Shown: one piece after another, positions 49,148-62,003 of the stretch
How the letters are laid out: the number at the start of each line of letters is the position of its first letter
How positions within the stretch are numbered: the stretch's first letter is position 1
NCBI GenBank assembly: GCA_965112155.1
Contig: OZ218105.1
DNA: 64,000 bases
DNA from: Podarcis liolepis
Taxonomy: Eukaryota
Strand: one strand, 5' to 3'
The notes under the pieces: model-generated
Databases searched by the model: none
What the model was told of the DNA's origin: nothing
What the model saw: the letters and a program-made list of their open reading frames with translations, nothing else
Made by a program: the position numbers and the translations under genes

Positions 49148-52100
49148 CCAGAAAGCTAACGAATAGGTTGCTAACCATTTGGACATCTGTGTGGCATTTT
49201 CTGTAATGTGTCGGTTTTAATTTAGCACTACCCACCCAATAGAGATAATGAGAGATACAACTATATACAACTGCTCAGAGTGTGATCTTCACCTATTAGT
49301 ACAGGCATGAGGAACCTATCCCCATGCTCTGAGGGCCAAAGTGGTGCCACACTATTTTCTGCCCTGCTCAAAACACACACACCAATCACTCCCCCGTTCT
49401 CATCCCCCACCCTTTCAGCTGATTTGTGCAAAACAGCTGAGCAGTGCTAAGTCATTCATTCCCTTAGTGCAAAATTTCTGCTTGTGCAACAGAACTCTCC
49501 CCTCTTCCCTTCGCATGCCCCCCAATCTTTTATGGGGGAAATTTCCATTGTTCAAGCATAAATTGAGTGAATGGAATGAGGGCTTTAGACAACACTCTTA
49601 ACATTGCAGTGGGGATGAAAACCAGCCATTCCTTGACTGATCCCACCATAATCAGCTCAGGAAGCAGCAGGTTTCAACCCCATCACAGTGTGTTAGGAAG
49701 GGAGGTTTTTCAACACACTTGCACACCCTTCCCAACACATTGCAATGGGAGATGGCCCATCAGTTGATTGGATCCTATAAGATGTGGTGGTGTGAAAATG
49801 ACATTCCACTCCCTTTGGATAAGGGGTGGGGAGAACTTTGTTTTTACCTGCATTGTGAAAGGTGGAAATGAAAACCAGGTTCTCCTGATCACCTGAGGAG
49901 AGGGCCTGGTTTCAGGGGAGTGCTAGGGCAAACAACTACTGAGATGGAGATTACCCAGAAGAATCCAGAAAATTTGATCCTGAGATGCCAAAGACATTTT
50001 AGTAACCACCGATGCCAAATTAAAACACAATGTTTAATTATGGCAAATATTTCTGCACTTCCAATACATTGTATTTGCTGTCAGTTTTTAAAAAAGAGAG
50101 AATGTATGTAATTTTTGCTGGCTCATTTCTATGTTTTTGTGCTGCTAGAATTTGTTGAAAGGTTTGTCAATGTGAATGTGTTTCTAGGGGTACTGGGTTG
50201 TATTCAGTGGTGCTCAGTGGATGTTAAGCTTCTGTCAGCAGAACAGGGAAGGAAGCAGTTTTCAGCAATTTCCCCTGCTCTCTGCACACACCCCAAATCT
50301 TCACTGGAGCAAATGGGGTGGTGGCAAGGGGAGGGAGAATTGCTAAAATTACTTACAACCCTGTTCTGTTCTTATTACAGTTACCCACAAAAAGGCTAGT
50401 TGTGGTGTTACTAGCTGCCAGCCATTCACTCATCTGTTAACTTACTGCCCCTTACCTGTCTGCTTGGACATTTGTTGGCTCTATGTCAAGGACGCTCTCC
50501 TTTGGGCTCTAAGCTATTGCCCACCTCCCTTCCTGTCCAGTGTGCCAGCCCATTTGTCACCTAGGCTAGGGCATCCACCAGCTCATTGCTGGAGAACAGA
50601 GTGGCAACACATCAGCAGGTATATTTCTTTTTAAAATTACACTATTGAATTTTTGTAAATGTGCGCAATTTTCTTTAACAAATCTCAAAATTCATCCCGT
50701 GCTTAATACTGAGGCAACACTTTTAAACAATAGCTTATTGGCACTCTTAAAGTGGGGAAGGAAATACAAAGTTTATGAAGTATTGTTCAAACATAATCTA
50801 CAGCAAATTGTACTTTATATAGGCTTTGCGCATAAGTATAAGAAATATGGGCTGGAATGTTTGTGATTATGGTTTGAGAGTTGCCTTACTCTTTAAATAC
50901 GGTGTGACTGTGTGTTGCTGTTGGAAGTTAAATGTAATTTTACATTTGGGTATACAAATGTTAGTGACTTGCACTGATCTATTTATTATTGCTGCTCAAA
51001 ATGATGTCTGTCTTGTTTTGTTGGGTAAAATGAAATCCTGTAAGCATAAAATATACATAAAAATTCTTTACATGAATGTTAAGATTTGTAGAGTACGTGG
51101 AAGACTGAATGGCTAGAGTTGTGTTTTAGCTTTGTTTCTTACCTTTTGCATGTTTGTCTATGTTTTGTAATATTTGAACAGATGTGCTGTAGCATCGAGA
51201 TCCTTGGGGAACTCGGATGTAATGAACTGCTGTATGTGGTGCAGCCCTTGGAAAAGCTTTTGAATTTTGATACTGTAGTTAGTTCTGAGCACAGTTGCTG
51301 GGATGCTAATTGGGACCTGGCATTGGGGGTTGTAGCTTGCTAGTGCTTAAATGTTTCCAACTGAGTTCAGTTTGTACTTTCAACTTCCCCTACATGGTTT
51401 GGGGTAAGCTGAAGATAGTTCTGGATCATCTGATAGATGCTTTTTAGTAGATCTGCAAGGATTTCTGACTCCCAATTTGTTTGAACATTGGCACCACTAA
51501 CAAAATGACTTTCCCCACCTGAATTAGACTGCCAAATAAAGAGAGCTACACAGAAATAATATGAAGACGATGAATAAAGTTCAGTTCTGCTACTGAAAAA
51601 AAATGCCTAGGCTCAGAATGTACTCAGAGGCACCCTCCCCCTCTTTTTTACTTATAAGGTTTAGTCTGGCTCTTGCTAGTAAATTTTGGGGTTCTACTAA
51701 AAAACAAAGTAGCTCCAACAAACCTGAAGTCTGTCCAACAAACCTGAAGTCTGCCCAATCCTAGATTAGGACCCACATACTACTTGTTCTGTCTCTTTTC
51801 CAACCAGTCTGCATGATCTCTGAATCTGTCTTGGGTGTCCCCACATTCTGGCATATAGCCCATCTGTTCAATGTTTTGTTCTGACACTATTCTGTTCTAG
51901 TTTTTGTGTGTTGCTTCTGTTCTAATTTTTATGTTTGATTTGTGTTTTTTACTTGTGAAATGTCCTGAATGCTTGATGTAGAAGAGTGGGATAAAAATAA
52001 ATTTTATTTAAAAACTAATTAGCTACCTAGTCTTTTATTTGCTACCAATAGGGCCAAGAGTCATTACATACATTTTCCCTAGAACCAGACTGCAGAAATA

Positions 52101-55100
52101 ACTTGAAAACCCTAAAACACATTGACTAATTATGCATCATGAACAATTATGACATTAGTTCAGGACTGAAACAAGTACCTTGGACAGCTCCATGGGCCGA
52201 TCAGGCAGAAACTTTGTAGAAGCAAGTTTTAATTGTTCCTGGCAAGAAGCAACAGCTCTCTAGGTGTTCAGTGTGAGAAGTCTCTTCAGTTAAAGAGGCC
52301 TCTTCCAACAATGTTTTTGATTTAAGCAGAATTTAAAATAGAAGAATGTGTGTTCTCTGTTGAAATGAGGAGTCGGGGAAGAAAGAAATGACAATCGTAA
52401 TCAACTCCCCATGTATAAACTATAATTATTGTTTCTACAAGATAGATGTGTGTTGCATGCATTCTTACTGTTTTTGCTTTAAACTGGCTTGATCTCTAAG
52501 GGTTACTGTAAATTACAATTTTAAGAATTTACTATTAGGAAATGCTGCTTGGTCTATTGGAGACAGAACATTCATAACAGGAAAAAGGGTAACTTATGGT
52601 AAGCCCATTCCTCTAGTATTTTCCTCAAAAGGATTGGGATTCTTATTTGAAATATACATAAATTTATCACTATGTAATGCAGATGCACCTGGAGTGATCT
52701 GTTTGTCCTTTCACAGCCCAGGGGACTTGCTCCAAGTGTATGTTTTAGATGTTCCTCCTTAAATTAATTTTCTTAGCGTACTTTTTGACAGAAACACATC
52801 AACCTTTTAAAAAGGTAGCTTTTGATTCATTCCCATTCAGTACCCATCTTGTACAGTATACTGAAACTAAGGTTGCGTATGTATAAACACTTGTAAAGTG
52901 TGTATATGTGAGATATATCTAGCTGTATTAGACAAGATGGTTTTCAGTTTTTTTTTTCTTTGTTCAAGCAGTATCCAATGATAACCCTAAAACAGAGCAG
53001 GGACTTGCATTGGGTCAAATGGAAAGAAGCAGCTGCAGAAATGGACACAATATATAAGGAAGCAGGAGGGGACCCTGTCTATTTTATTTATTTCATAGAA
53101 TTTGTACTGTTTCATTGTTAAACAACAGCCTCAGAGTGGTGATGGCCTCTTTAGCTACATCTTTAGAGGAGGAGTGTTTGTGTGTGCAATTAGCTGACTT
53201 AAATTGGGAGATATCAGGGTTGCACTTAATTAATTTTTAAGTTTAATAGATTTATATCCCTCCTTTCCCCCCAAACTGGTATTCAAGGTGGCTTATAATA
53301 TTTAAACACAGCACATTAAATAAAAAAAACAAGCTAGTTGCAAACAATAATTAAAATACCTCAAAACACATTTTAAACCAGTTTGCCCTGACAGCAGCCC
53401 AGTGAACAGCATTGTCTACACCTTAATTATCAAACTTCTGTCTAAAAAATATTTCATAAAGGGCCCGTTTACCACTTCCTCCATGATTCAAAGAACATTC
53501 TATGGGAAAGTCAGGAGGGGACCAAAAATTAAGTGTTGTAATAATGGCTGAGTCTGTGGTTAGCTCAGATGCCTGTTCTCACTTTTCTGCTTTCATTTGA
53601 TGCACAAGTATCCTTGCAGCTGATTCTACCCCCCCAACAGATGATGTTGGTCAGTCAGTCACCCATTAGTGTACAGTTCAGCACTGACTCAGAGGTAGCT
53701 CAGATCTGAGGCTACTCTTTTTGTTTGCCAGCTTGCAAATATTAGATGCTCGAAAGGCCAAGAGGAGAATAGATTGTAATAAAATGCTGGATAATACACA
53801 TTTATCATTGATTTATCTCTGGAAAACCTGAATGTAGGCATATTTCCACATCATTCTCAATTTGAGGTGTTGAATATCTTTCTTCGATCTGTTGATCCAT
53901 TGAAGAAAAGTACTGCACAAGTTCCAGGAGAAAGTCATCACAGTGAAACTATTCCAATTATCATTATACAAATTTATAGACCACTCCCTGGTATATAAAG
54001 ACCACTGAAGCAGTTTACAGGTAAAAACAAAACAAAACTCTTTAAGAATAATAAAATCAATTCAACAAACTTTATAAAGAAATAACGCCATCCATGCAAA
54101 CTCCAAAAACCATGAAACATGTCATCAGCTATAAGAGTGATATTCTATAAATGGCTGGGTTACACAGCAATGGTGGCTTCCTAAACAAACCTGTAGAAAA
54201 AGAACTTATTTTCACTGTTTTGCATTATACCCACAAGAGTATTTTAAATGTAAAACAAGAAGTGATCTAAGCACAAGCCGCAGAGGCTTCTGGCAATCTC
54301 AGATGTTTTGTTGGGATCTTAAACAGGGATGGGATGGGGATTGTCTCCCTGAAACATGAATGACAATAGAGCAGCTAAAACAGTAATATGGCCCTTAAAG
54401 CTCAGGCTGGCCACTTGCAGCACAACAAAAGCCATCCCAGTGACATCTGCTGCCCTTTAGCTGAGTCCAGCATGACACCAAATGTTCAGATGTTTTCATC
54501 CTCTTTCCCTGCCCCCCCCCCCGCCAATAGCTCTTGTTCTACTGTACTAAATGGGGTGGGGTGGAGAAGAGAATAAAAGGAGGAGAGTTGCTTCTCCCCA
54601 TGGAATGGCAGAAAGCAGCCAAGAGATTAGTGAGCTACAGATAATGCAGCAAGCAAATATTGATTAAACCAAACTGTTCATTAAACCAGGAAAATCATTC
54701 TACCCAGTGTGCCTCCCAACTCTGGTGTTGGAAGAGACCAGTATTCTCAGATGGTGGGTTCTGAAGGGTTGGTTGGACATAGGGAGAGGAGTAATTCTCT
54801 TCCCTAACCCCATTTATGGGGCTGCTTGAGGAAATACTAATTTGAATGAGGCACAAGAAGGTGCTGACATTTCCATGAACACAGCAAATGGAGAAAAAAG
54901 TATGGTCTAAATCGTAGGACTATGTGCCACAGTCTCTGCACAGCCGTCCTGGTCCCCAGGGTTACCGTGTGTCTCCTTTTGAAGGGCTGCAGCAAACCTG
55001 CCTCATGTTACATAAAAAAGATACCAACTTTAGAGGGCAGTCCTGTGTTTGAAAGACCCTGAGAGGTCCAGTCCAAGGTTTAAAGATAAAACACAGATGG

Positions 55101-55639
55101 GCCACTTATGGTTCTTTCATCAGCTGGGCAACAGACTGAGCAGGCATGCAAGTCACCAGGTTTTAGTCTTCTTCACAATGGCAGGATGTATTGCATTTCT
55201 GCTGAAATTATAATAAATTATTCCTGAATTTGCATCTATGCACTTATTTAGAAGATTTATAAATGGGTTAATCAAAGAAATTAACATATGCAAGTCTATC
55301 TTTTATTATTACAATTAGTTGGATCTTGCCTTTCATGATGTAAACTTTACCTAGGGAGCTTACAAGTAACATTCAGTTACATAGTTTGTAAGCATAATAA
55401 ACAATATTAACCTCTTAAAAACTCATTGGAATCATTCCCACAGGACAGTTGGTGGAAGATCACCCTGTGGGAAGGAGAGTGCAGCTGGACCAGTCCCTGA
55501 GAGGTGGTCTTCACCTCCAGCCCTTTCTTTCAGAATTCTTCCCACAAGGCAGTTTTTGTCCTCTTTTTGGTGACAAAATCTCTCTCTGTGTATGTCTTTT
55601 GGTGATGCATAAGTGGCCACCTTGCAGTTTACGCTAACT

Positions 55640-55795
55640 CATAGAAAGCTGCCTTAGACTGAGTTGGACCATTAGTCTCTACACTGACTGGCCATTGCTC
55701 TTTCTTAAAGGGGTCTTTCCCAGTCCTACCTGCAGATGCCAGGAATTGAACCTGCAACCTTCTTCATGCAAAGCTTTCCTACTGAGCTATGGCTA
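55640..55795 (-). mobile_element. Old tRNA-derived SINE
   Basis: Reverse A and B boxes (tagctcagtagg; ggttcaattcc); similar to 29595-29935 and 20895-21060. Confidence 0.65.
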
Positions 55796-56631
55796 GAGCC
55801 TATTAGAAAAGAAAAGGCTTCTATTGATGCCTGGTGAGCCCAAGGCTTTCACATTAGGAGCACTATGCTCCAAGCATAACACTGAGCTGCGAGGTAGCAA
55901 TGGAGAAGTTGGGAGGTGAGTTTTATTTTTTAGAATAAATGACTGATAAGTGACTGATGGTCACTGTATCTACAACGTATACTGATGGTAGCTTTTTGTT
56001 ACTGTTGATATTAGTATTCTTTGTGTCTCATTTTTTTCTCTTTCTTTTTTCCTTTCCTTTAATCCCCCCATGTTTTTTCCTTTCTCTCCTTTTCCTTGTT
56101 AAATTTGCTAAAAAATAAATAAATTAAATCAACTACTACTAATGCAAATAGTACAATGCCAAATACAAATTCCACTTACTAAGCACAGCTATTTCCCCTT
56201 AGTATGGACCCTTCTCACAGTCCATTATTCTGAAAAGTGATTCCTTGGTGGTTGTTTTTAAGTTGCAAGTCCCTGTTCTGCTGGCATAAAGTTGAAAGCC
56301 AGGTTCTTAGCAGTCTTCTTGCCAGAAAGCCAATATAGTACAATGGTTAGAGTTTTACTTCGGAGTAGGTGGCTCCATTTCTATTGCCTGTTTAGCTATG
56401 GAGCTCTCCTTGTGCAGGGATGGAGTTTGGTCTTTCAGCAGCACCCTGTGTGAGGCAAAAATCTGGTGCCTCTCCGCTTCTTGCCTTTTGTTCTGCTCAA
56501 TTCACTATGTCATAGTTGCAATGCCCTGTGGCGCCCCCTAGGCTCAGCGACGAGTGCAGGGGAACTGGTTGCACTGCCCTAAATCTGCCTCTGCCTTGTG
56601 CAAGTCATTCTTTGTGTCTCTTATTAACTTA

Positions 56632-56959
56632 CCGTATTTTTCGCCCTATAGGGCGCACCGGCCCATAGGGCACACCTAGTTTTTTGGGGGGGAAATAAAG
56701 GGGAAAAAATTATTTCTCCCCCAGCCCCCAGAACAGGCTGCTATCCACAAGCCTTGGGAGCCCGGCGGGAACTCCTGCCGCACTCAGAAGGCTTGCGGAT
56801 AGTTGCCCGAAGCCTGGAGAGCAAGAGGGATCGGTGCGCACCGACCCCTCTCGCTCTCCAGGCTTCAGCGAAAGCCTGCATTCGCCCCATAGGACGCACA
56901 CACATTTCCCCTTCATTTTTGGAGGGGAAAAAGTGCGTCCTATAGGGCGAAAAATACGG
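56632..56959. mobile_element. Tc1/mariner (pogo/Tc2-like) MITE
   Basis: TA|CCGTATTTTTCGCCCTATAGG ... CCTATAGGGCGAAAAATACGG|TA. Confidence 0.9.
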
Positions 56960-58769
56960 TAAGTGGGGTTACGAGGACAAAATGCCACGAGCTGCTTGGA
57001 GGAAGAGCAGGATTTCATATGTAGCAGGCAAGCATCTCCCAGGTGCTATGCATATGTGTCACTAAGGCTGTGTTCCAGTCTCTTATTACACTTCAGCATT
57101 GAATATAAAAGCTCCCCAGCAGCACATGGAAGTGACTCCCACACACACTGTGTGTGTGAAGGGGGCTTTAGCTTGGATGCTGATGGAGCTGTTCAACTTG
57201 AATCTGGAAGATCTAAGACCTTAGCCATGGCTCCATCACTTTGCTAAGTCTCCTATCCCTGAATGTTAAGTGGGGATAATAAGTGGCCTACCCTGTGCAA
57301 AGCAGCTAATCAAAGGTGATAGCAAAGCGATAGCCAGAAGCAGCAACCTCAAAAGATCATGGGCTAAGATTAAAATTAAGCAACAAGACACAGGATAATT
57401 TCCCCAACTATTTCAGATTATGTCTCTTGAACTGGAATAGGCCCAGATGCATTCTAAAAGCCCTTCTAAAATCCATGTTACATGTCTTGAGTCCCCAGTA
57501 GCAACTTGGACTTAAGGCCATTCCCCTCCACTGCCCCCAGGGTTCAAGGGGAAAATGCAGTGGGGTTTTATAGGTGTCTGGCCTTTGTGCCATCTATCCA
57601 ATCCTGGGGCAGGCTGCTGCTGGCTCTCCCTGGAGGAGCTTCACTTTTCAACGTGTTTGACCCACAGACTCTCTCTAAGTGGCTACCTGTCAGTTTCCAT
57701 TTCAGCCTTACCTTACTGTTTACATGAGTGCTGACCACTGCCTGACATATTACCTGTATTGATTCTCTAATAGCTGTCAAGGTGGAGAGAGAGAGACTAT
57801 TCTAAGACAGGGCTTGGAGCTCTTAGCCGAGTAGGATCATAAACGCCTCCCATTAAAGGGTCCATTCAATAACAATCTTTACCAAAGTAAATGGACATCA
57901 GTGGGCTCCCCAGCAGGCTGCCTAATGCAAAGGCCATTATAAAGCACCGAGGCAGAGCTGGAGGAAGGTTATGGCTGTGGTATCAGTTTCAGCAATGTTT
58001 TTCAAGTGATTCCTTTAATGAAAAGCACGTTCTTTTTTATCTCAGGGCCGTAATAGAGTTGCTCAGAGTTGTCCTGTGTACCTAAGGCCATATCCGCTAA
58101 GAAAAAATAATCAAGTTGTTTTAGCCAGCGTTTACTTGCAGCTAACAGTAACAAGGCAGGTGCATATTTGTCTCCTGGAAACAACAACAACACACAACCA
58201 TAAAATAATCATTTTTCTGGTGGTCAGAAATGGTGCAATGCCCTGTACAAATATTAATAAAATGATCCCATTCTCATTGCAGTGTTGGGAAGCAATACTA
58301 AGTCATCTCATCTATCAGATTCTGGATTAGTAACACACCAATTTAACTTTTTATATTTTTTATTATCCAAGCCATACAGGCTAGACGTTATATCTCTATC
58401 TATATATGGCATCTTTTCTAAAAATTAAAATTGAGTTTTCAGGATGTCGGTGGGAACTACCAGATTTAATGTAAGACTATGGAGTTCAGCGTCACACACT
58501 ATGTTGAATGTTCCATCTGCCAAAGGTATCAGCTTGCCAGATGAAATGATCCACCTTTCCTCCCCCAGTTTTATGGGGGTTCTCTCAAGCTCCCAAGCCA
58601 ATTTTTGCGTGTGTGCAGAAGGAGGAAAGATCCTTTGCACAAGTGGAAGCCCTTGTACAGGGCTTCTGCTGATCATGTTTATTAGGCAATGCCCACCCAC
58701 CATGTTTAGAAATGTATTGCGCACAAACAGATTCCTGGACCTCCAGATTCCTGGACAACTGAAGGTGGC

Positions 58770-58900
58770 CCAGTTTGGGAAGTTTTTAATGTTTTATGCT
58801 GTATTGTTTTTTAATATTCAGCTGGAAGCCACCCAGAGTGACTGGGGAAACCCAGCCAGATGGGCGGGGTATAAATAATAAATTATTTTTATTATATTAT
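58770..58900 (+). mobile_element. L2 3' end
   Basis: gccacccagagtg..gatgggcggggtataaataataaatt. Confidence 0.7.
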
Positions 58901-59561
58901 TATAACATGTGTGTCTCTAAATGCTGTAAAATCTAAACTGAGTGCCAAACTAGACACAACACTTTTGGGAGCCTACATCAGAGGGGTTTTGGGTTGGGGG
59001 TGGGGATATTAATAGGCATAGGGGGTTATTGCTCATCAAGACTGCCTCCTATGGCCCTGAGAAAAATCATCCCCAGCCGCAATGCCTACTCTTACTCCAG
59101 AAAGGAACTCCCAGGATTACCAATGGAGGCTAATAACAGGCAGAGAGGATAATCATAATCTGGGCTCCAGTGCTGAGAAAAGGTTAAACCTATCTCTGTG
59201 TAGTTATGCTCCACCCTGCCCCACCCGCACTGTCTTATCTTTCCTTTTCTTTCCAGCTGATGTGTTTGCCAGTGACATGATCAGCATTAGGTCAAGTTTG
59301 GCTTTGAGGTTCTCTTTGTTCCAGCAGATCTCCTTTGAGGACAGCCATGGACAATTTGCATTGTGGACAATTTGCCTTGCCCTTGACTGGAGCAAATGAA
59401 AGCCGCAAGGCTCTGTTGTGTAGTATCTGAGCTCATTTTGGTAGTTAGGAACCCAACACCCACCCAGTCACCACATCTGCTGTATTGGAGGGCGTTTGGG
59501 TGGGGTGGAGATGTCTCTCCACTCACCTCTGCTGATGCAGAACAGCTGTGCTCACCTAAAC

Positions 59562-60088
59562 CAGTGTTTCCCAACCGGTGTGCCGCGGCACACTACTGTG
59601 CCGTGAGACACCGGCTGGTGTGCCGTGGGAGGGAGGCGGGCGAGTCGGGCGGCGAGAGGCGGCGGCGGCGGCGAGGATCCGCGTCGAGCCGGGGGCGGCT
59701 CCGCGGTGGTGGTGCCGAGCGGCGGGGCAGCTCGCGCAAAAGGGAGGAGCGCGAGACAGCGGAGGAGGAGGAGGCCGGCATGTCCGGGCAGCAGCAGCAA
59801 CAGCAGCAGCAGCAACTCCCGGCGACGGCTCCTCCTCCGCCCGCTATCGCCGCCACCACCACAACAGCCGCCGCCGCCTCAGCTGCCGCCGTCCCTCAGT
59901 CCCTCGCTCTGCTGCCTCCTCCCACCCCGGCAAGGGGAAGGGAAAAAACGTTCACTTTTGTGCGTCCCCCCCCCCCCGCGTGACGCTGCGCGCTGACGTC
60001 ACGGGGCGGGGCTTTAATGGTGGTGTGCCGCGAGATTTTTTTCTGGTAAGCAGGTGTGCCGTTGCCCAAAAACGTTTGGGAAACACTG
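59562..60088. mobile_element. 527-bp non-autonomous hAT element with GC-rich cargo
   Basis: TIR CAGTGTTTCCCAA/TTGGGAAACACTG; perfect TSD ACCTAAAC; subterminal GTGTGCCG repeats. Confidence 0.92.
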
Positions 60089-60433
60089 ACCTAAACTATG
60101 GATTGACAGTAGCTAACCCCCACCCCCGATGTGCTTTCTGGGATGGGAAAGGAGGAGGTGGAGCTTGGCTGGCTAAGGACAGTCTGGATTCAAAGATGGT
60201 TCAGCTTCTGGCAAGTTGCCACACAGGGCATGATCTGGGCCCCACTGCTGCATGAGTCTGGAGTTGATGCAGCAAAGATTTTGAGGGCTCCTTTCCCCTA
60301 CCAAACATCCACCTTGGCCAGCATGAGTGGCAGCGCTCTGCATATGCCCATGGCTTTGCTGCTCCATTAAGCCCCAGTGCTGCCTGCCAGAAGTTTGGCT
60401 TGCTCTATGTACCACAACCATAACAGTCTAGCC

Positions 60434-60688
60434 CAGGGATCAGCAAACTTTTTCAGCAGGGGGCCGGTCCACTGTCCCTCAGACCTTGTGGGGGGCCGGA
60501 CTATATTTTGAAGGGGGGGAATGAATGAACAGATTCCTGTGCCCCAGAGATAACCCAGAGATGCATTGTAAATAAAAGGACACATTCTACTCATGTAAAA
60601 ACACGGTGATTCCCATACCATCCGCGGGCTGGATTGAGAAGGCAATTGGGCCGGATCTGGCCCCAGGGCCTTAGTTTGCCTATGCATG
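60434..60688. mobile_element. hAT (Charlie-like) MITE
   Basis: Ends CAGGGATCAGCAAACT / AGTTTGCCTATGCATG; TSD GTCTAGCC/GTCTACCC; gggccgg subterminal motifs. Confidence 0.8.
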
Positions 60689-61759
60689 GTCTACCCTATC
60701 CAAGGCACAAGCGAGGGAAGAACTATGGAGTTATTAAAGGAAAGCGAAGTTTCTTGGAATCTGAATAGGCTAGTGCTTCAGTGGTCACAGCCAAAGTTTC
60801 TGATTGTGTCCTGGCCCAATAGCAAAAACAACAGCATTGGATGGAGCTGTGAATTAAAAAGTGAGTGCAGTCTTGTTGCCTTGACGTTTCACTTTTACTG
60901 TTTGCTGCAGAGTGGGAAACAGGTGCTTTAGTGCCTTTGCTTTATTTACATACCAGGCTTGAAAGGCTGCAGAGCAGATGACTTTACAACAATGGCAGAT
61001 GGTGAGCATCCTTCTTGGGGGGACTGCTGATTAAGGCAGTCTTCTTCTTGATCACCAAGGAGTTGTGGCTTAAAGTGAATCCCCCTTGAAAGCTGTTGCC
61101 TGACATGGACTAAGCTTCTATTGCTGTCTTTGTGAAATAATGTCCATGCTATAGCGAAATCTTGAATGGAAGGGTCTCCCTGAATTACTGCATTCCTGTC
61201 TTGTAGGGCTGATTGCAAGAACAGAGTAAAATAATTGGTGGTCTATAAGGAAGACTCATTAATGCATTAGTTTAACATATTAGTATTGATCACACAAAGA
61301 CTTTCAGCTGTAGTTTCGGAGATTTCTACAAGGAGACAAGACAAAGGTCAGTGGGTAAATAGCGCTAAACTTGAGGTCAAAGGTGAATGTGTACAGTCAT
61401 TAAAAACAAATCACAGTAGATTAAATGACGGATTAAATCGGTGGGATATGACAATTCTCCTGAAATAGTTTCAAGTCAACATGGCCAATAACAAAGTGAG
61501 TCCTGCATTCCACACTGTTCTTTCAAACTGATTTTAATTGCTGGTGGAATAAATTTATTATTATTCTCAAATTCAAACTTGGCAGCTTTCTTCTTTAAGA
61601 AGTAGCGCAGGAAAGGATCTGGCCTGTTTTTGAATTGTACAGTAAAACAACTCAGATGCTTGTGGTGATGGGATTTCTTTCTTCTCTGCCAATCTTTTAT
61701 GTGACTTATAAGGATAATTGAATGCATACTAACAATGTGATAAGTAGGTAAGAGGAAAT

Positions 61760-62003
61760 AAAAAAATTCCTTCCAGTAGCACCTTAAAGACCAACTAAGT
61801 TAGTTCTTGGTATGAGCTTTCGTGTGCATGCACACTTCTTCAGATACACTGAAACAGAAGTTGCCAGACTGTTTCAGTGTATCTGAAGAAGTGTGCATGC
61901 ACACGAAAGCTCATACCAAGAACTAACTTAGTTGGTCTTTAAGGTGCTACTGGAAGGAATTTTTTTTATTTTGACTATGGCAGACCAACACGGCTACCTA
62001 TCT
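61760..62003. mobile_element. Penelope-like element remnant: inverted pseudo-LTR, 98-bp perfect arms, 11-nt loop
   Basis: 61760-61857 is the reverse complement of 61869-61966; 16-bp TSD GTAGGTAAGAGGAAAT at 61744 and 62004; hammerhead core in each arm. Confidence 0.85.
61879..61916 (+). ncRNA. Minimal type I hammerhead ribozyme motif (mirror copy at 61810-61847 on the minus strand)
   Basis: GUAU-CUGAAGA-A-[GUGUG CAUG CACAC]-GAAA-GC-UC-AUAC. Confidence 0.7.

Noticed and set aside
51714-51753. Two-copy 20-bp tandem duplication
   Set aside because: Ordinary slippage duplication with no functional signal
58425-58878. Overlapping 99 and 144 aa ORFs
   Set aside because: No recognisable homology; the plus ORF runs into an L2 tail
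59396-60255. 195-225 aa ORFs read as a standalone gene
   Set aside because: They cross the transposon boundaries and lack downstream exons; better explained as hAT cargo
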